A stretch of DNA of 64,000 bases from Promethearchaeota archaeon (lineage in GTDB: Archaea > Asgardarchaeota > Lokiarchaeia > Sigyniarchaeales > SOKP01): assembly GCA_048939995.1 (NCBI GenBank), contig JBHLOY010000003.1, positions 96,001 through 160,000 of the forward strand, in the 5' to 3' direction. Below the pieces are notes generated by a model that did not search any database, had not been told where the DNA came from, and worked only from the letters and a program-made list of their open reading frames with translations. Position 1 is the first letter of the stretch, and each line of letters begins with the position of its first letter. Positions 40,424 through 49,484 of this stretch are shown here, piece after piece. The position numbers and the translations under genes were made by a program.

Positions 40424-41113
40424 ATGAGAAATGAAGATATCTTAAAACCTTCTAAATCCGTGTTTTTAAAAGATACTGAACTGAACTCTGAAAATGACAA
40501 GGAGGTTCCTACATATAAAACTGGAACTACAACTGTAGGATTGACATGTAAAGATGCAGTTATCCTCGGGACAGATAAAAGAGCTTCAATGGCTTATTTT
40601 GTAGCAAGCAAAACCGCTGAAAAACTTCATAAGATTCAAGAATATCTCTATATGACAATTGCAGGTAGTGTAGCAGATGCTTTATATCTTGTGGATATTT
40701 TAAAAGCGGAGACTAGTTTATATCAATTAAAGCATGAAAAACCAATAAAAGTAAAATCGGCAGCTAGATTATTGAGTAATATTTTATATCAAAATAAATT
40801 ATTTCCCTTTGAAGTGGGGCTAATACTTGGAGGAGTAACAGAAGAAGAAGGTCCTACTCTTTTAGATATTGGAGCGTATGGATCAATCTTGCCTGAGAAA
40901 TTTTGTGCTATTGGAAGTGGACAAAACTTTTCATATGGGGTTTTAGAAGCAAAATATAAAGATAATTTAACTGTTAAAGACGGAAAGGATATTGTAATTA
41001 AGGCAGTTACATCATCCATCATAAGAGATATGGCCTCTGGTAATGGAATTGATATAGCTATTGTGAGAAAAGATAGTCCAGCTCAAAGAGAATTTATTCC
41101 TATTAAAGAATAG
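40424..41113 (+). CDS. psmB: Proteasome beta subunit
   Basis: Propeptide followed by TG-TTTVG, then DKRAS, AGSVAD, GSG and RDMASG. Confidence 0.96.
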   Translation: MRNEDILKPSKSVFLKDTELNSENDKEVPTYKTGTTTVGLTCKDAVILGTDKRASMAYFVASKTAEKLHKIQEYLYMTIAGSVADALYLVDILKAETSLYQLKHEKPIKVKSAARLLSNILYQNKLFPFEVGLILGGVTEEEGPTLLDIGAYGSILPEKFCAIGSGQNFSYGVLEAKYKDNLTVKDGKDIVIKAVTSSIIRDMASGNGIDIAIVRKDSPAQREFIPIKE

Positions 41114-41363
41114 TATATTTCTGTTAAGAAATTATATAAACTTGCTTTTTTTAAATCAATCCATATCTATTTGCTCTTTCTGTATTTAAATATTTTGCAA
41201 TAATAAAGCTTAAATCTTAGGATTTCAATAAATTTAAAAAGAATAACATATCTTTAAAAAATAAATTACAAATTATAAAGACAGTAGAACCGATTAATTA
41301 AGCATTCAAACAACTGTAAAAGCTATTAACTATATAAAAAGGCTAATATGGAGTATCATTAAC

Positions 41364-42095
41364 ATGAGTTACAGCATCATTATTGATTTATCTCACAAGG
41401 AAAAAGTTGAAGAATTTCCAGAAATATCCTTGGGTGAAGAAGATATTGAAATTGATTACTTAGATAAAAATGAGGGCCCCATAGATTTTGAAACTATTGA
41501 AGATTATGACATACTCTTTATTGGCAACATTCAACATACAAAGAATGGCACAAATGATAAATTTACTAAAGATGAATTATTAGCTATCAAGAAATTTGTA
41601 GCTGAAGGGGGAGGGATGTTCCTAACTAGTGGTGATGGTGGCGACAGAGATATATCTATGAAAGACGGCTCAATTAGAGTTTTGTATAAAATAACAGGAG
41701 TAAAAAGATTTTGGAATGGTGTCATTCAAGAGACGCCTTCGAATTTCTTGGTAAATAGAAATAATTTATTAATAAATGAAATATTTAGTCATCCTATATC
41801 TTCGGGTGTTACTGAAGTAGTTCTTCCAAATAGTACTTTTTTCACTATTACAGAAGAAGATGTTGAGGATATAATAGTTACTTCCGAAAAAGCTGAATTC
41901 AAATATTATATTGATGATGATATAAGCGCTATAGGACCTGTACCCATCTGTGTTGTTTCTGATTTCTATAATGGGAGGAGCGTTACAATCGGGTCTTCGG
42001 AATTCTTAATGGAGGATTCAGATTTCGGGTTAGATGCTGGAGACAATCTTTTATTTCTTGAAAACATTATTAAATGGTTAACATTTGAAATATAG
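41364..42095 (+). CDS. Acidic GATase-like GIFT/DUF4350 domain protein (IFT52 N-domain-like)
   Basis: IDLSHKE, KFT.DEL.AIKKFV.EGGG, HPI and GRSVTIGS..DN..F..NII.WL motifs. Confidence 0.65.
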   Translation: MSYSIIIDLSHKEKVEEFPEISLGEEDIEIDYLDKNEGPIDFETIEDYDILFIGNIQHTKNGTNDKFTKDELLAIKKFVAEGGGMFLTSGDGGDRDISMKDGSIRVLYKITGVKRFWNGVIQETPSNFLVNRNNLLINEIFSHPISSGVTEVVLPNSTFFTITEEDVEDIIVTSEKAEFKYYIDDDISAIGPVPICVVSDFYNGRSVTIGSSEFLMEDSDFGLDAGDNLLFLENIIKWLTFEI

Positions 42096-42124
42096 TTATA
42101 ATATATTTTATTTTTAATAGTATT

Positions 42125-43225
42125 ATGGTATTTAGATTTATTCGCCCTGAAAGAGTTTGGCAAGATAAAACCATTTTAGCACGTTTTCCTAAATATAAAA
42201 GTATAATTGATGATGAGCAAATTGCAAGATATTTAGTTGCTAAAAGTGTAGAATGTGAATTTGATGAACAAGATTCTTTAAAGGTTTTAGAAAACTTATT
42301 ACATGATAAATCAATTGAATTTAAAAACCTTCTTAATGAAAAAATTAGCAACCTCAAAGATAGAGAATTAATACCGAACTCTTATATCAAATTGGCTGAA
42401 TTCATAGCAACCAAATATCTTGAAAGCTGCATTTTTTGCGAGAGACAATGTAAGGTCAACAGAATTGATGGAGAGAAAGGTTATTGCTTATTAACCAACG
42501 ATTCGTACGTTTCAAGTGCATTTCTTCACATGGGTGAGGAGAGCGTTTTAATTCCTAGTGGTACGATCTTCTTCCAAAGTTGTAATTTTGGCTGTGTTTT
42601 TTGTCAAAACTATGATATTTCTCAAGCTTGGAAGAAAGTTAAAGCAATTGAAGATGTTGCTAAAAAGGTTAACCCGAAAGAGTTAGCAATCTTAGCAGAA
42701 AAATTAGCCGATAAAGGAGCAATTAATATTAATTACGTTGGTGGAGATCCAATACCAAATATTCATACAATTTTAGGTAGCTTAACTTACCAAAAAGTAA
42801 ATATTTGTCAACTCTGGAATTCTAATTTTTATTTGACAGACCAGTCTCTCTCCTTGATAATAGATTTTATAGATTTTTGGCTCCCTGATTTCAAATACGG
42901 AAATAACGAGTGTGGGGAGAAATATTCGGGAATAAAGAATTATTGTGATGTTTTAACTCGTAACCTTAAACGCATTCATAATGATGGAAGTGGTGAGATT
43001 ATTATTAGACATTTGGTTATGCCTAACCACATTGAATGTTGTTCGAAACCAATTTTAGATTTTGTGGCAAAGGAAGTACCAAATTGTGTAGTCAATATTA
43101 TGGGACAATTTAGACCTGAATATAAAGCATACGACTATCCTGAAATCAATCGAAGGCCAACATCGGAAGAAATGCAACAAGTTAGAGAATATGCAGATAA
43201 ACTAGGAGTTCTTTGGGTTTCTTGA
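42125..43225 (+). CDS. Radical SAM protein, PflX-like
   Basis: C..CERQC.VNR, HMGEE, SGTIFF, CNFGCVFCQN, PDFKYGN and RHLVMP motifs. Confidence 0.9.
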   Translation: MVFRFIRPERVWQDKTILARFPKYKSIIDDEQIARYLVAKSVECEFDEQDSLKVLENLLHDKSIEFKNLLNEKISNLKDRELIPNSYIKLAEFIATKYLESCIFCERQCKVNRIDGEKGYCLLTNDSYVSSAFLHMGEESVLIPSGTIFFQSCNFGCVFCQNYDISQAWKKVKAIEDVAKKVNPKELAILAEKLADKGAININYVGGDPIPNIHTILGSLTYQKVNICQLWNSNFYLTDQSLSLIIDFIDFWLPDFKYGNNECGEKYSGIKNYCDVLTRNLKRIHNDGSGEIIIRHLVMPNHIECCSKPILDFVAKEVPNCVVNIMGQFRPEYKAYDYPEINRRPTSEEMQQVREYADKLGVLWVS

Positions 43226-43465
43226 GATCATTCTTTATAAAGAAAAATGATATAATAATATAATCTTTAAAAAAAAGAAGATTTTAGGAATGAAAAAGTA
43301 AAGCATCTTTTTTCAGTAATTTTTTATTTTAATCTTCAAAATGATTTTTAATTTTTGTTTTATTATTTTAAGAAATTATAGAAAAATCTAAAAACTATCA
43401 ATTATTTTCAAATTTAACTAATTAATTAATATGTTTCTTAAATTTTGACTTGAGAGTGATTTCAA

Positions 43466-44566
43466 ATGAGCTTAAAACTAGAAGACGTTAAAGGTTTAGG
43501 TAAAAGAGCAGAAAATCTAAGAACTGCGGGAATTGATACGGTTGAAAAATTAGCAAATGCTAAAATTGAGGATCTCTTAGAAATAAAAGGTATAGGAAAA
43601 GCTTCAGCTCAAAAGTATATTGATAATGCTAACTTTTTACTAAAGAAGGATGACGAGATGCAAGATGTTGTTGCTAAAAAAAAAGTAGAACGGATTAAAG
43701 ACGAAGGAGATAAAGAGATCGAAGAAACCAAGAGAATGGAAGAAAAACAAAAAACTCTTAGAGATATAACTGTGGAAAAAGGTGATTTTGTACTAGTAAA
43801 AATAACTGGAAAAACACAAAAAGGGAATGTTTTTCAAGTATCATCTGAAGAAGATGCCAAAAAGGCAGGTATTTTTGATGAAAATAAGGCAAAACAAGGA
43901 TATTATTCTCCTGAATTTATTATTGTTGGTAAGCCTGGTTTTCTAAATGAGGGTTTAACTGAGACGATTGAAAAAATGAAATTCTTCGAAAAAAAGTCAG
44001 TAAGAATCCCCCCAGGAAAAGCATTTGGTAAAAGGGACCCTCAAAAAATAGAAAGAATAGGTATTGCTAAATTTCGGAAATTAAATGAGGGAAAAAATCC
44101 TGAACTTGGACAAGATTTTGTAAAAAAGGGAACAGGTCAACGGGGTGTTGTAACTAATGTGGTTCAAGGGAGAGTTATAATAGACTATAATCATCCACTA
44201 GCAGGGCAGAGCGTTGATTACAACATTGAAATCATAGATAAAATTGAAGATTTCAATGAAAAAATAGAATATTTTATGTTTTCTAAAGGTATTCCTAAAG
44301 AAAGTATTTTAGAATTTAAATTAAAATATAATAAAGAGGATAAATCTCTTGAGATCACAATTCCAAAAACATTTTTATTCCAAAATCTAACCTACTTAAA
44401 GTTTGGATTAGCTTACGATTTACAGACTCATATGCCAGATGAAATAAACGACGTCAAATTTATAGAAATATATGAAAAAATGCCTATCCCCGCAATACCC
44501 GAAGAATCAGTACAAAAAAAGATTGAGGAATATAATCAAGACCATGAGCATGAGCACGAGCACTAG
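43466..44566 (+). CDS. HhH domain fused to a long-type FKBP peptidyl-prolyl isomerase
   Basis: N-terminal LLEIKGIGKASA. FKBP motifs IPPGKAFGKRD and IDYNHPLAG. C-terminal HEHEHEH. Confidence 0.88.
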   Translation: MSLKLEDVKGLGKRAENLRTAGIDTVEKLANAKIEDLLEIKGIGKASAQKYIDNANFLLKKDDEMQDVVAKKKVERIKDEGDKEIEETKRMEEKQKTLRDITVEKGDFVLVKITGKTQKGNVFQVSSEEDAKKAGIFDENKAKQGYYSPEFIIVGKPGFLNEGLTETIEKMKFFEKKSVRIPPGKAFGKRDPQKIERIGIAKFRKLNEGKNPELGQDFVKKGTGQRGVVTNVVQGRVIIDYNHPLAGQSVDYNIEIIDKIEDFNEKIEYFMFSKGIPKESILEFKLKYNKEDKSLEITIPKTFLFQNLTYLKFGLAYDLQTHMPDEINDVKFIEIYEKMPIPAIPEESVQKKIEEYNQDHEHEHEH

Positions 44567-44570
44567 AAAT

Positions 44571-45545
44571 TTATTCTACTTTAATTTTAGAAACTAATTC
44601 CTCTTTTTTAAGCTTTTTTTGCTCCTTATACTTATGTTTCTTTTTCTCGTAATCTGCTCTTTTCTCTTGAAACTCATGCTTTTTTTTCCATGCTTTCTTT
44701 TTATTATGTTTCTTATTTAAATATTCCTTTTTAGCCTTCTTGTATTCCTTTTTAGCTTTCTTATACTCTTTTTTACTCTTTTTATACTTTTCATACTTTT
44801 TTTTAAATTCCTTTCTCAGATTGGGACTGATTTTTTGAATTCCAAGATCACTCAATTGGTTTCTAAACTTTTCAAAAGATTCAAATCTTAAGACAATTAT
44901 GCCTAACTCATGAGCAGGAATTAGGTTCCTCATTTTGTCATCAATAAAAACGCATTTTTTAGGTTTTGCATCTAACTTTTTTAAAACATATTTATATTTT
45001 TCAATATCTGGTTTTATTAAACCAATTTCATTCGATAAAAATACATAATCAAACATTTCATAAAATCCTCTTAACTCATTTGACTTTGCATGGATATCAT
45101 GAGTGTTTGACATTAAACTTACAATATACCCTGCCTTATGTAATCTTTCAATTACTTCGGCCATTTCTAAAGATAAATGAGTCACCTTCGTGTATAAGTT
45201 AAACCAGAGTTCAACATAATAGGCAATGTTAACCCTTTTGGGAGGCAAAGCCCCATTTTTCGTTTGAAAAGGATAATAGTATTTTTCTAAAATTTTTTCT
45301 AAAAATTCATCAGAAGATATTATCCCTGAACTTAATCTACGTTTTAATTTTCTGATGTAAGGCGCCTCATCGATTTTTGGAATAGATATCATTAAGTCAC
45401 TTTCTATAAGTTCAAACAAATTTTTAAGTACAAAAGTTTTTTCTATTAAAACCCCTCCAAAGTCGAAAATGAAATGTTTAATTTTGTATAATCTAACCTT
45501 CTGCTTTTTAAGTATTTCTTTATCGAAATCTTCTTTTTCTGTCAA
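44571..45545 (-). CDS. HAD-superfamily phosphatase with Lys-rich C-terminal tail
   Basis: FDFGGVL, MSNT, KPD and FIDDK..N motifs, followed by an ~80-aa tail with KKEYKKA repeats. Confidence 0.88.
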   Translation of the reverse strand: MTEKEDFDKEILKKQKVRLYKIKHFIFDFGGVLIEKTFVLKNLFELIESDLMISIPKIDEAPYIRKLKRRLSSGIISSDEFLEKILEKYYYPFQTKNGALPPKRVNIAYYVELWFNLYTKVTHLSLEMAEVIERLHKAGYIVSLMSNTHDIHAKSNELRGFYEMFDYVFLSNEIGLIKPDIEKYKYVLKKLDAKPKKCVFIDDKMRNLIPAHELGIIVLRFESFEKFRNQLSDLGIQKISPNLRKEFKKKYEKYKKSKKEYKKAKKEYKKAKKEYLNKKHNKKKAWKKKHEFQEKRADYEKKKHKYKEQKKLKKEELVSKIKVE

Positions 45546-45562
45546 CTTTTAATCTCAATATA

Positions 45563-46360
45563 TTAATTTCTTTTATATTTTTCAATAATCATGTCACATA
45601 TTTTAGATACTGGATTGTGATTACCCTCCCAATTTGAAAACTCAGGGAAAGTGCCAGGATCTACTATATATAACTTATTAGATGACATTTCTCGAACCAT
45701 ATCTAAATGTCCAAATAATAAACCGGTTTTCTCTTTCCATTTCCAGACAATTTCTTTAATATCTAGGGGAGTTTCAATTATTTCAATGGGAGCATGTTCA
45801 TTCTCTAATGGCTCTTTCTTACAGACACATATTTCACTATTAATAAAATATACTAAGTAATGGATTCCATAAATAAATCGTTCGAGGTATAATATATTTG
45901 TCGGATCTTCCCTGATGTCTTTTATTGAGTTAATTAGTTTAACTCCTTTACTTCCTGATCCCATAAGAGGCTTTAATATCAATGGAAATAAACCATCAGA
46001 GATTTTATTTAAAGATTCAGATGTTCCTAAAAAGATGTGAGGGATATTGAAATTTAAATCTTTCAATAAAAAAGAGGCTTCCACTCTGTTCTTACATCTA
46101 AAAGATATATTTGTATTTGGAATTACAGGTATTTTATGTGCTTCTAAAAAATATCCTGCATAGAGAAATTGCAAATGTTTTGATTTCAGAATAAAGAAGT
46201 CGTTTTCGAGTAAGGAATTATTAATATATAGATTCCTTTTAGTGTACAACTTTACTTTAAATCCTTTCTTTTCGTAATAACTTTTCATTTTTCCGGTAAA
46301 ATGAGTCGATCTCTTTGACAGAATGCCTATTTTCATAATATGACCTCTATCTTTTAGCAT
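45563..46360 (-). CDS. ATP-grasp protein (ITPK1-like, degenerate)
   Basis: FPLILKP.MGSGSKGV, YLERFI, GHLD and IVDPGTFPEF motifs. Confidence 0.7.
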   Translation of the reverse strand: MLKDRGHIMKIGILSKRSTHFTGKMKSYYEKKGFKVKLYTKRNLYINNSLLENDFFILKSKHLQFLYAGYFLEAHKIPVIPNTNISFRCKNRVEASFLLKDLNFNIPHIFLGTSESLNKISDGLFPLILKPLMGSGSKGVKLINSIKDIREDPTNILYLERFIYGIHYLVYFINSEICVCKKEPLENEHAPIEIIETPLDIKEIVWKWKEKTGLLFGHLDMVREMSSNKLYIVDPGTFPEFSNWEGNHNPVSKICDMIIEKYKRN

Positions 46361-47165
46361 GCTCTAATAAGAAATTAGTTACTTTCTTGGGTCCATCTTT
46401 GATATAATTAAAATTCGGAGTCGAATTAACGTCGGTAACATAAAATTTTCCTTCTTTAGATTTTAAAAAATCTACTGATATTATATTTAAATCAAGGATT
46501 TTTTGGATAGTTCTAACTTTTTCTTCTAGTTCTGAGATAAAATCGATCTCCTTCCTTGATTTCATTTTATCTGGATCAATTAATACAGGGATTTGTTTGT
46601 AGAAGTACAGTGTATCCCCTATACCATAAACCTTATATTCCCATTTACTTTTAATGAATTTTTGATAATAATAGAATTGATAGTTTTCAGGGTTCCCATA
46701 AGCCTCAGTTAAAGCTCTCTCATCAACAATTTTGAGATGCCCCTCTACTTTTTCTATTTTTGGTTTGAAAGCATAATTTTTTTGGTCCACCACATTTTTT
46801 ATGATATAATCTTCAAAGGGTGGGGGCATTCCAACAGGTATTATCGCATAATCGGGAACATCGATTCCTGCTTTAGCTAACAATATACTACTTAAAAATC
46901 TATGAGATGATAACAAAATTCCTTTTGATGAATTGAAAACTGGAATTGATGTTTCATGTTCAATTAATTTTACTAAATTTAGTATTAAATCTCCTTTTCC
47001 TTTTACAAAGAAAACATCCTCTTTAAAGTCTGTAATTGAAAAGTCTAATAAGAAAGCTTCTTCCAAATAAATAGATATCTCTGCAGATTTTTTCAAATAT
47101 TTTAGAAATTCATTGACTTTCTTTTCTAAATGGTATTTGTCAATAATTAATCCGATCTTGGTCAA
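46347..47165 (-). CDS. ATP-grasp protein, ITPK1-like inositol-phosphate kinase
   Basis: YQKFI, YKVYGIG, SVDF and VTDVNSTPNF motifs. Confidence 0.72.
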   Translation of the reverse strand: MTKIGLIIDKYHLEKKVNEFLKYLKKSAEISIYLEEAFLLDFSITDFKEDVFFVKGKGDLILNLVKLIEHETSIPVFNSSKGILLSSHRFLSSILLAKAGIDVPDYAIIPVGMPPPFEDYIIKNVVDQKNYAFKPKIEKVEGHLKIVDERALTEAYGNPENYQFYYYQKFIKSKWEYKVYGIGDTLYFYKQIPVLIDPDKMKSRKEIDFISELEEKVRTIQKILDLNIISVDFLKSKEGKFYVTDVNSTPNFNYIKDGPKKVTNFLLEHAKR

Positions 47166-47372
47166 GTAATTTACCTTGTTGATACTTTTTTGAAGAAAAA
47201 TTGACGTATTTAGTTACAAATTTTATTATCTTATTTTAATATAAATAAGTCTTAAGGAATAATAAATTTAGGTTCCAAAAGGAATCTATGAATATTTGGT
47301 TTGTTATTTAAAATAAATATATTTATATAATATAATTTGCTTTTTAGAAATTGAATTAATAGGGTTTTTGAA

Positions 47373-48287
47373 ATGGCTAATAATGTTAAAAGGATTCATA
47401 TTGGAGCCATTTGTAATAGAGATCTCGAGGTTTTGGACAGAATAAAGAAATTTTTACTAAAAAATTACAACATATTTATTGTCGATTTACTAAAAAAAGG
47501 CTCCAATTCTTTTGATATTAAATATTTTAAAAAACAAATAAAAAAATACTCAATCTGTTTTTTAATTGTCAAACTGACAACCCAAAATTCTAATGAAGAG
47601 ATTTATGAGGCAATTAAGCGAGTAAGTCCTAATATTCTGGTTCTAAATAGTTTAAGTTCAGTTCAAGTTTGCGAAAGTCGTAAAGACACCTTTGCAAAGA
47701 TTAGTCAAAATTGTAAAAAAGTAAAGATTCCCACCACTTACTTTACATTAAAAGAAGCATTAAAAGCATGTCAAACTGGAACTAAAATAATTATTAAACT
47801 TGATGCTCATAATATCCCAAATTTTCCAAAGAATGATAGGATAATAGGAGTCGCCCATAATGTAAGTGAATTTAATGAGATGATTCAAACCTATAATGAA
47901 AAAGATTTATTTTTTCAAGAGTATTTAGGAGAGTTTGATATTATCTATAAAGTATATGTGATTGACCGATGGATGGTTTCAATTACATCTCATAATAGGC
48001 TACAAGATATTGATAATTTAACTCCATTAGAATTAATCCATATAAGAGTACCAATTGAAAAACAATTAAAAAGTAGAATAAAAAGGTTAGGCCGTAGATT
48101 CAGAATGAATATTTTTGGTTTAGACTACATTTTAACCGAAGATGGACCATGTATTATTGATGTTAACGATTTTCCAAGTTTTAGAAGTATCCCTGAAGGA
48201 ATAAGCTTAATTTCGGATTATATTTATAATCTCATATCATTACGAGAACAATATTTTCAAATGCGAGTTAAAGCTGAAGCAAAATAA
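47373..48287 (+). CDS. ATP-grasp protein, ITPK1-like inositol-phosphate kinase
   Basis: QEYL, YKVYVI, IFGLD and IIDVNDFPSF motifs. Confidence 0.78.
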   Translation: MANNVKRIHIGAICNRDLEVLDRIKKFLLKNYNIFIVDLLKKGSNSFDIKYFKKQIKKYSICFLIVKLTTQNSNEEIYEAIKRVSPNILVLNSLSSVQVCESRKDTFAKISQNCKKVKIPTTYFTLKEALKACQTGTKIIIKLDAHNIPNFPKNDRIIGVAHNVSEFNEMIQTYNEKDLFFQEYLGEFDIIYKVYVIDRWMVSITSHNRLQDIDNLTPLELIHIRVPIEKQLKSRIKRLGRRFRMNIFGLDYILTEDGPCIIDVNDFPSFRSIPEGISLISDYIYNLISLREQYFQMRVKAEAK

Positions 48288-48288
48288 A

Positions 48289-49380
48289 TTATTTTTCTCG
48301 TCTGTTTTTCAGAAATTCTATTAATCTTTCCTTAGCAATGTAGTCTTCTAATTGTTCAGGGGGATGCTTTGCAAAAAAAGAACAAGCTGAATATAAAACA
48401 CCCCCTATATTTCTATCTTTAGCTATTTTACTAACACGTATGCAATCCGTAATAACACCTGCCGAATTATTCCCATCTTCTACAAATAAAGTGAGATCTA
48501 TTCTTACGGGAGCTCCTCCAAAAACACGGCCTTCAAGTCTAATATATGCTTCTTTTTGGTTTTTTAAGAATGGAATATAATCAACTGCAGAAATTTGACA
48601 ATCTATAGAATCTTTATTTTCTAAATTAGCTATAACCGATTCTGTTTTAGATTGTCGTTTTCCTTCTTCATAACGTAAAGTACCATCATTCATAGGGGTT
48701 AATAAGTTACAAAAATCACTTGAACCTCCCCAATCAAGTTGCAATGTTCGATCTAAGATTGCTCCTCTCATAGGAAATAGATTAGCAAGTGATCTATGTA
48801 TAATAGTTGCCCCAATTTGAGATTTTACATCATCTCCTATAAGTGGGAGGTTTAATTCTTCAGCTTTAGCAATTATTTCTGGATTTTTAACAACATGAGA
48901 TGGCATTCCATTCACAACACAAGCTCCTGCATCAAGAGCTGCCATGGCATAATATTTTACAGCTTTATGGCTTCCAGTAGGAAGTAATATAACAACAACA
49001 TCAACGTTTCTATTTATTAATTCTTTAACCATATCAACAGGCTTTTGATTGTAGTCTATAGGAATAATATTTTTTATATTACTGTCTAATCCATCCATAA
49101 TAGGACCTTTAACTACAGGTGCATTTAGAAACTTTGGTTTAAAGAGAATCATGTTACAATTAGGCTCAGCAAAAATCGCTTCACTTAAATCCTTACCAAC
49201 TTTTTTTGAATTTACATCCACTCCTAATACAAAATTAATGTCATTTATACTATATTGAGTTATCTCTGGTAGGACTCCTATAATTTTGTTGGGATTTTGT
49301 TTATAATTCTCACACCCTTGTATTAAAGCGCTTGCTACATCTCCTACTCCAATAATAGCGACGTTGATTTTTTTCGCCAT
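48289..49380 (-). CDS. ino1: myo-inositol-1(3)-phosphate synthase
   Basis: GVGDVASAL.QG, KVGKDLSEAIF, LPTGS, GDDVKSQIGAT..HR, SKT and NSAG motifs. Confidence 0.93.
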   Translation of the reverse strand: MAKKINVAIIGVGDVASALIQGCENYKQNPNKIIGVLPEITQYSINDINFVLGVDVNSKKVGKDLSEAIFAEPNCNMILFKPKFLNAPVVKGPIMDGLDSNIKNIIPIDYNQKPVDMVKELINRNVDVVVILLPTGSHKAVKYYAMAALDAGACVVNGMPSHVVKNPEIIAKAEELNLPLIGDDVKSQIGATIIHRSLANLFPMRGAILDRTLQLDWGGSSDFCNLLTPMNDGTLRYEEGKRQSKTESVIANLENKDSIDCQISAVDYIPFLKNQKEAYIRLEGRVFGGAPVRIDLTLFVEDGNNSAGVITDCIRVSKIAKDRNIGGVLYSACSFFAKHPPEQLEDYIAKERLIEFLKNRREK

Positions 49381-49484
49381 AATATTTTCTATAATAAAAG
49401 GATTGTATTTAAATCATTTTAAAATCTAAAGCTTTAATATTGAATTATAATTTGCAAATAATCTAGAAAATGAAAAATTAAACC

